DNA of 64,000 nt. It comes from Paraspadella gotoi. Taxonomy: Eukaryota; Animalia; Chaetognatha. Numbering within the stretch: the first letter of the stretch is position 1; each line of letters begins with the position of its first letter. The position numbers and the translations under genes were made by a program. Location of the stretch: positions 9,303,274 through 9,367,273 of the forward strand of contig CM119269.1 in NCBI GenBank assembly GCA_051294375.1. The letters run 5' to 3'. The notes beneath the pieces were generated by a model that saw only the letters and a list, made by a program, of their open reading frames with translations, was not told where the DNA came from and ran no database searches. Below are positions 59,022 to 64,000 of the stretch, piece after piece.

Positions 59022-62000
59022 ATCGCGCCGGTGAGAGCCGTCGGCGAGAGGCACGCCCCCACCGGCGCCTCGATCCTCGCCGCGTCTCCCGTCGCGGTTC
59101 CAGCTAGCGGCGCTCGCTCCCCGAGACCCGGCGTCGGCGGCGAAGGTGGCGGCGGCGGCGGCGGCGGCGGCGTCATCGTCCCGGAGAGAAGCTCGAGTTT
59201 ATCGTCGTCGAGGATAGAAGCGGCGTCTTTGAGAACCGCGGTGCCAATTTCAGCGGAAGCGGCGTCATTTTTTATGTCGGCGCCATCGACGTCCGTTTTG
59301 TCGGCGTCGTCCGCCAGCCTAAGATCAATCCGATTCTCTCCCGTTGCTTCAGCCTCAGCGAAACTCGAAAATAGGGATAGATTCATTAAATTCGGGGAAA
59401 ATAATTTCGATTCGGGAAAGATTCATGGAAATGAATCTGATTTAGAGAAGAATAATGAGAAATATGAGTTAGTAAAGGACGGCAAGGATAGGGATGCATT
59501 CAGCCATTTTTTAAGGAATGAGTATGAATTTGGGAAAATGAACGAAAATTATGAATCAATCTCATGTCAGGGTAGTGAGAAAGAATTTAAAATAATTGGG
59601 GAAAAAGATGACAATTTGTATGTAAATATAGATCATCAGCATGAATTTAAAAATGAATGCGACAGCGTAAGTTTAGGTTTGGAGTCGGGACTAACCATTG
59701 ATAATAATTTTCAAGTAATTGAGAAATTTGAAGAAAAATCTGAAATTTGGGAAACCAAAGATGAAATTATTGAGAAAGAGAAAACAACAGCGAACCTGAT
59801 TCAAACGAGACGGAATTTCAATGAGGAAGCCGGACAGCAACTTCCCACACCAAACCTCGCTCTAATCGATGCGTCCGACCATCCGGCTTCGAGATCTATC
59901 GGCGCCGACTTCCGGCGATTCTCAACCAAATCGCCGATTCGTCGGACCGTGCCCCTCAGTCCAGCCGAGAGAGGGATTCCAAGGGCCGCGACAGAGTCAC
60001 CGGTCAAGAGGCTCGAGATTGCAGAGAGTCCACGTCTCGACCAAAAATCGCCGACGCCGAAGGGGAAGGGGAAGAGATTCGGCAACATTGTAAATCGGTT
60101 CGAAGCAAAGGCTCAAGGTCTCGTCGAAGGTTCAAAGTTCTTTGATGCGCAAGATAAGGAATCCTCTGAAGGGAGTATCGTTAGCCCTTTTGATCCAAGC
60201 GTCTTGGTTGGCGAGCGAGGAAGTGTCAATGATATTGAAGTAGATAATTCTGAGGTCCAATTTGATGTAGAATATCTTAGAGAACCTCCGGAACTAAGAG
60301 TTTTAAGCCCATCAGCTTCGAGTGCCATCAGTGATGTAAGTGAAATCGTCCCTGACTGCGAAGTTGAGGGTTTTAAATCTGAGGTTTGTCGAGAATCTTT
60401 GGATGTCAGAGTCGCAAGTCCTGTCGGGCAGATAGAAAAAATCTCCGAAAGAAATATCATTGTAGTTAAATCGGAAGAAACAAGAGCTGCTAGTCCTATG
60501 CCTATGAACAACACAATGGGCATTGAAGATCTGCAATTAGAAATCCCTGAAGATGGCGTGGAGCTTCTGGTTGAGGAAAGTTGTGAAGGTGGTTTATCAG
60601 AGGCCAGAATTGAGAGCCCCGTTGCTTCAAGTACAAAGGATGTTTCAAAGTTGACACCCGTTGATGGTAAGACTATTTGCTGGAGTTTGTCCAAGGAAAG
60701 TGATACAGAATGGCCAGAACCTCCACCAGAGGAAATTCTAGATTCTTTTATGCAAGGAGAACAAAATGCGGGGATGGAACAAAATTACAAAAGAAAAACG
60801 GAAGCTACTGACTCTACAGCTAATGAAATTTCAACTGAATTAACCAAAAATGAATATCTAAAACAGAATGACGAGAAATCCTTTGACCATTTTATAGCTT
60901 CAAATCAATGCTCTGAGTCACTATGCACAAACCAAAAGGTACAAGAGGTGAAGTCAAGTCAATACAGTAATCGGGCAGAGCTAAAAAACCAAATCAAGAT
61001 AAACAACGTCCAAACAAACCTAAAGCTAAGATCCTCAAGCATGTTTGACATTCAATCTACTGACGAGAAACCGTTTGAAGGAGTTGAATACCTCAATTCT
61101 TCGAGAGAATCTTTTTACGCTGACTTGCAAAAATTAACAAAAGAGTGCAGGTCTGACTCAACTGAACTCAAAGCGCTATTTTCTCATGCATCAGATGCAT
61201 TGCTCAAAGCAAATACAAGACAAGAACATTTCAATTTTACATCCATTGTTAAATCTTCTTCAGAAAATAATCTTTTTGAAGCAAGTAATCAGGAGGCTTC
61301 CTTTGGTGATTCCCAGGAATTCAGTTGTTTCAGCGTGAGACAGCAAATGAGAAAAAAACGGATGCTTTCAAACAAATCTCCCAACCTAACAATTGAACAG
61401 GGTAAGAATGAGTACAGTCACATGAGGAAAGCCATTAAACATAATTTCAACCCAAGAAATTTTACAACTCCAAAGGAAAACATTAATTTGGTGTTTCGAA
61501 AGCCATCCTCACCCAGATGTCCGATACCAACAAAGCCAATTGACTTAGTTCTTGAAGCATCACCTTTACAAACCTCCAGGGAAAAAGTTAAAGACTTTGC
61601 AATTTCAAAACCACCCTTGCCTGAATTAAACACCCAAGTTACAATGACAGATCATATTAAATGGCCTCAAAAAGCTGAAACTTTATCTGAAACAAAATCC
61701 TCTACAAATATTGTATCATCAATTGAAGTTTTACCTCCACGACCAAAGTCCAAATCCCAAATGGAAATTAATATCAGTTCTCCAGAATCCGATGCGTTTT
61801 CATACCTTAACAAAGAGTTGGAAAGTTTGTCAAAAATGCAATACACTAGCAAAAACTATGAACACATAGAAGGAACTCTCTATGATCCATTGGTTCTGAA
61901 AGACGATCTGAGTGTCACTGATGCTGAAAGAGATGAAATGATTAAGAAGATAATTTCCGAAAAGGAGAAAGCGACGGCCAACATTGATGCCATGTTGAAG

Positions 62001-62993
62001 AGCATTGAGAAACAGCTTGAAAGCACAGAGATAAATCGAGAAGATCTCATGGCCCTTTCCAACGGATCATCCAATCATTCACCGTCCCAACCAAACATGA
62101 CTGAGGCTCTCACCATTGAAACAACAGAGTCAGAGCTGCCTTCTTCTGTATGTATTGTTAATAACTGGAGCACAGGAAGCGATTTGGCTGCCAAAGAAGA
62201 CCATGTATTTTCTACATCCGAAAATGAAGATCCTCGGCTTCTCTCACCATCTGATAGCGATTTGATGAGCAAGAAAGATTCTCAGTTAGCCTCACCAAAT
62301 CAAAGCATCCAAGCCATGGAAGCTGATCCACAATTGAAGTCTCCCTCTCATACTGACCTCGGTGACAAGAAAGAACCCCAGCCTCCAATTCTTTCTCCTT
62401 CCATAAGCGAAAACTCGCACTCATCTTCCGCGTGTGAATCGACATGCAGTTTGAAGACCACCATTTCTTTGAGTCCACCACATCTGGAACGGCCTGTGCG
62501 TATGTCCAGGTTTGAAGCCTTTGCTCGCGAATCAGAACGCGTGTCTACTCAAGAATCCAACTCTTCGAAGGAAAGATTTTCCATTTCAGAGATTCATACA
62601 AAACTGAGAGCGACACCCGAACCTCAAAAGAAGAGGCCCATCGCCAGAAGGATCTCCTCAACGGATCGGGCTCAGAGCCAAATCAATCCGGTTCAGGGAA
62701 ACATGGAGTTGGAGAACAAGAGTTTGGTCAAGCAGGTCAAAGCCAGCATCAATTCCGCTTTTTCCTCGTTAAAGAGTCAGGCTTCTGATGATGTGTTCTT
62801 TTCTCGGGATGCAGAAAGGGGGAGGGAGCGGGACATCCCACGGGATGGACATTGGGAAGGGACGAATTTTAGTGAAAGGGAGAGCAAAATTATCAATCAG
62901 TTAGGTTGTAAAATAGATAGCTCAAGGGATAGTTTACAAAACGAGCTACCTCCAGTGATGTCGTCCAACACTCAAAGATTAAATTTGGATTAA
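59022..62993 (+). CDS. 1,323-codon uninterrupted Ser/Glu/Lys-rich ORF in frame with, and directly after, the transglutaminase TAG
   Basis: Reads ..GCG TCT AGC TAG(59019-21) ATC GCG CCG GTG AGA.. and stays open to TAA at 62993. The first in-frame ATG is only at 59274. Composition looks disordered with many SP/TP sites and no recognisable domain. Confidence 0.75.
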   Translation: MAPVRAVGERHAPTGASILAASPVAVPASGARSPRPGVGGEGGGGGGGGGVIVPERSSSLSSSRIEAASLRTAVPISAEAASFFMSAPSTSVLSASSASLRSIRFSPVASASAKLENRDRFIKFGENNFDSGKIHGNESDLEKNNEKYELVKDGKDRDAFSHFLRNEYEFGKMNENYESISCQGSEKEFKIIGEKDDNLYVNIDHQHEFKNECDSVSLGLESGLTIDNNFQVIEKFEEKSEIWETKDEIIEKEKTTANLIQTRRNFNEEAGQQLPTPNLALIDASDHPASRSIGADFRRFSTKSPIRRTVPLSPAERGIPRAATESPVKRLEIAESPRLDQKSPTPKGKGKRFGNIVNRFEAKAQGLVEGSKFFDAQDKESSEGSIVSPFDPSVLVGERGSVNDIEVDNSEVQFDVEYLREPPELRVLSPSASSAISDVSEIVPDCEVEGFKSEVCRESLDVRVASPVGQIEKISERNIIVVKSEETRAASPMPMNNTMGIEDLQLEIPEDGVELLVEESCEGGLSEARIESPVASSTKDVSKLTPVDGKTICWSLSKESDTEWPEPPPEEILDSFMQGEQNAGMEQNYKRKTEATDSTANEISTELTKNEYLKQNDEKSFDHFIASNQCSESLCTNQKVQEVKSSQYSNRAELKNQIKINNVQTNLKLRSSSMFDIQSTDEKPFEGVEYLNSSRESFYADLQKLTKECRSDSTELKALFSHASDALLKANTRQEHFNFTSIVKSSSENNLFEASNQEASFGDSQEFSCFSVRQQMRKKRMLSNKSPNLTIEQGKNEYSHMRKAIKHNFNPRNFTTPKENINLVFRKPSSPRCPIPTKPIDLVLEASPLQTSREKVKDFAISKPPLPELNTQVTMTDHIKWPQKAETLSETKSSTNIVSSIEVLPPRPKSKSQMEINISSPESDAFSYLNKELESLSKMQYTSKNYEHIEGTLYDPLVLKDDLSVTDAERDEMIKKIISEKEKATANIDAMLKSIEKQLESTEINREDLMALSNGSSNHSPSQPNMTEALTIETTESELPSSVCIVNNWSTGSDLAAKEDHVFSTSENEDPRLLSPSDSDLMSKKDSQLASPNQSIQAMEADPQLKSPSHTDLGDKKEPQPPILSPSISENSHSSSACESTCSLKTTISLSPPHLERPVRMSRFEAFARESERVSTQESNSSKERFSISEIHTKLRATPEPQKKRPIARRISSTDRAQSQINPVQGNMELENKSLVKQVKASINSAFSSLKSQASDDVFFSRDAERGRERDIPRDGHWEGTNFSERESKIINQLGCKIDSSRDSLQNELPPVMSSNTQRLNLD

Positions 62994-64000
62994 ATCATCT
63001 TTTTTTTAAAAAAAAACGCGGTCATTCTTCTTAATTCGCGGGGAGCAGACTAGTTTTAAATGTTTTTTAAGATTAGTTGAAATGATTTATAGATTTCTAA
63101 CAGCACATATTAGATTTTTATTTTCGAGTGAAAAAGGTAAACCGCCATGCCTTATCTTTGTCCCAATGTTGCTTCATAGCTTCGCTTGTAAGATATGAAA
63201 ATCTTAAAGCTCAATCTGTTTTTTTCCTGTGTGGTTGCATTGTTTAATTTCGTTTTTTTTTATGTACTAATAAAAATGGTTAAATGCAATATGTCTATCT
63301 TTAAAGTTCAAACCATTAAATTTGCTAGTCATTCAGAGGGATATTTCTGAAAAAAAAAGAAGCAAGTGAATAGCCATAAAAAATGCTAAAAACAATTTAT
63401 CAAGTTTAATAAAAATTATAAAAAGAAATAAAATTATTTAAACTTTTTTATATCAATTTTTATCATACTTTGATTCATCTTGATGGTACTATAGAGAAAA
63501 CAGTATGAGTACAGTAGAGTTAAAATTTTAATTTTTTAGATAAATAATTTGTCTTATGTAATAGAAATAGGAAAAATACTAAGTGGAAAAAGAGATCACG
63601 AAAAACTTAAAATAGAGTGAAAGACACATGGACATTGGACAATTGATAGATCGTGATTTTGAAAAAAATATCAGATTTAGGCCTGTGATTTTAACGTAAA
63701 AAAGATCAAAGATCAAAGCAAAATTTTTCTAAAAGTCTGAATACCAAGTGGTAAAATCATTCTTAGACAGAATAAAGCTTTAAATCAGAATGATCCTGAA
63801 ATTTACAAATGCACCAAAGTTGGAATCTTACTTCTAGGCTTCCGTTGTTTGCTCAAAATTCATAGAAAAAAAGTATACTAGCAATTGGAAAAATTAATAA
63901 AACGTTGATTAAGTTATAACTTTTATACCGTTCATTATCAATACATTCTATATAATCATTCAATATTTTCACCAATTTTTGGCGAGAATTTTTGTCACTC

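Overview
AT-rich, microsatellite-dense metazoan (invertebrate-like) genomic DNA from an error-prone draft assembly, with N gaps, indel-rich stretches and several kb-scale tandem duplicates that look like assembly artefacts. Genes were reconstructed by hand from GT-AG exons: (1) the 3' part of FBXO9 (44-2604 +); (2) a ~14-exon gene for an RIIa-type dimerisation/docking-domain protein with CxxxTCG Cys-rich repeats (4594-15430 +); (3) a predicted 2-TM protein with three PPxY motifs (18066-15712 -); (4) a low-complexity protein starting MGINESK (25392-23223 -); (5) a ~32-kb transglutaminase gene with an intact Cys-His-Asp triad (26757-59021 +). Three observations stand out. A tRNA-headed SINE-like element carries a circularly permuted (type-P5) twister ribozyme fold directly behind the tRNA (3882-4070). 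The transglutaminase TAG is followed by a GC stem-loop and 1,323 further in-frame sense codons, a stop-codon readthrough candidate. Two essential transglutaminase exons sit on the opposite strand, which may be mis-assembly or real inversion/trans-splicing. Also present are a deleted Tc1-like element, Helentron/HINE-like repeats and a fold-back/MITE-like element.
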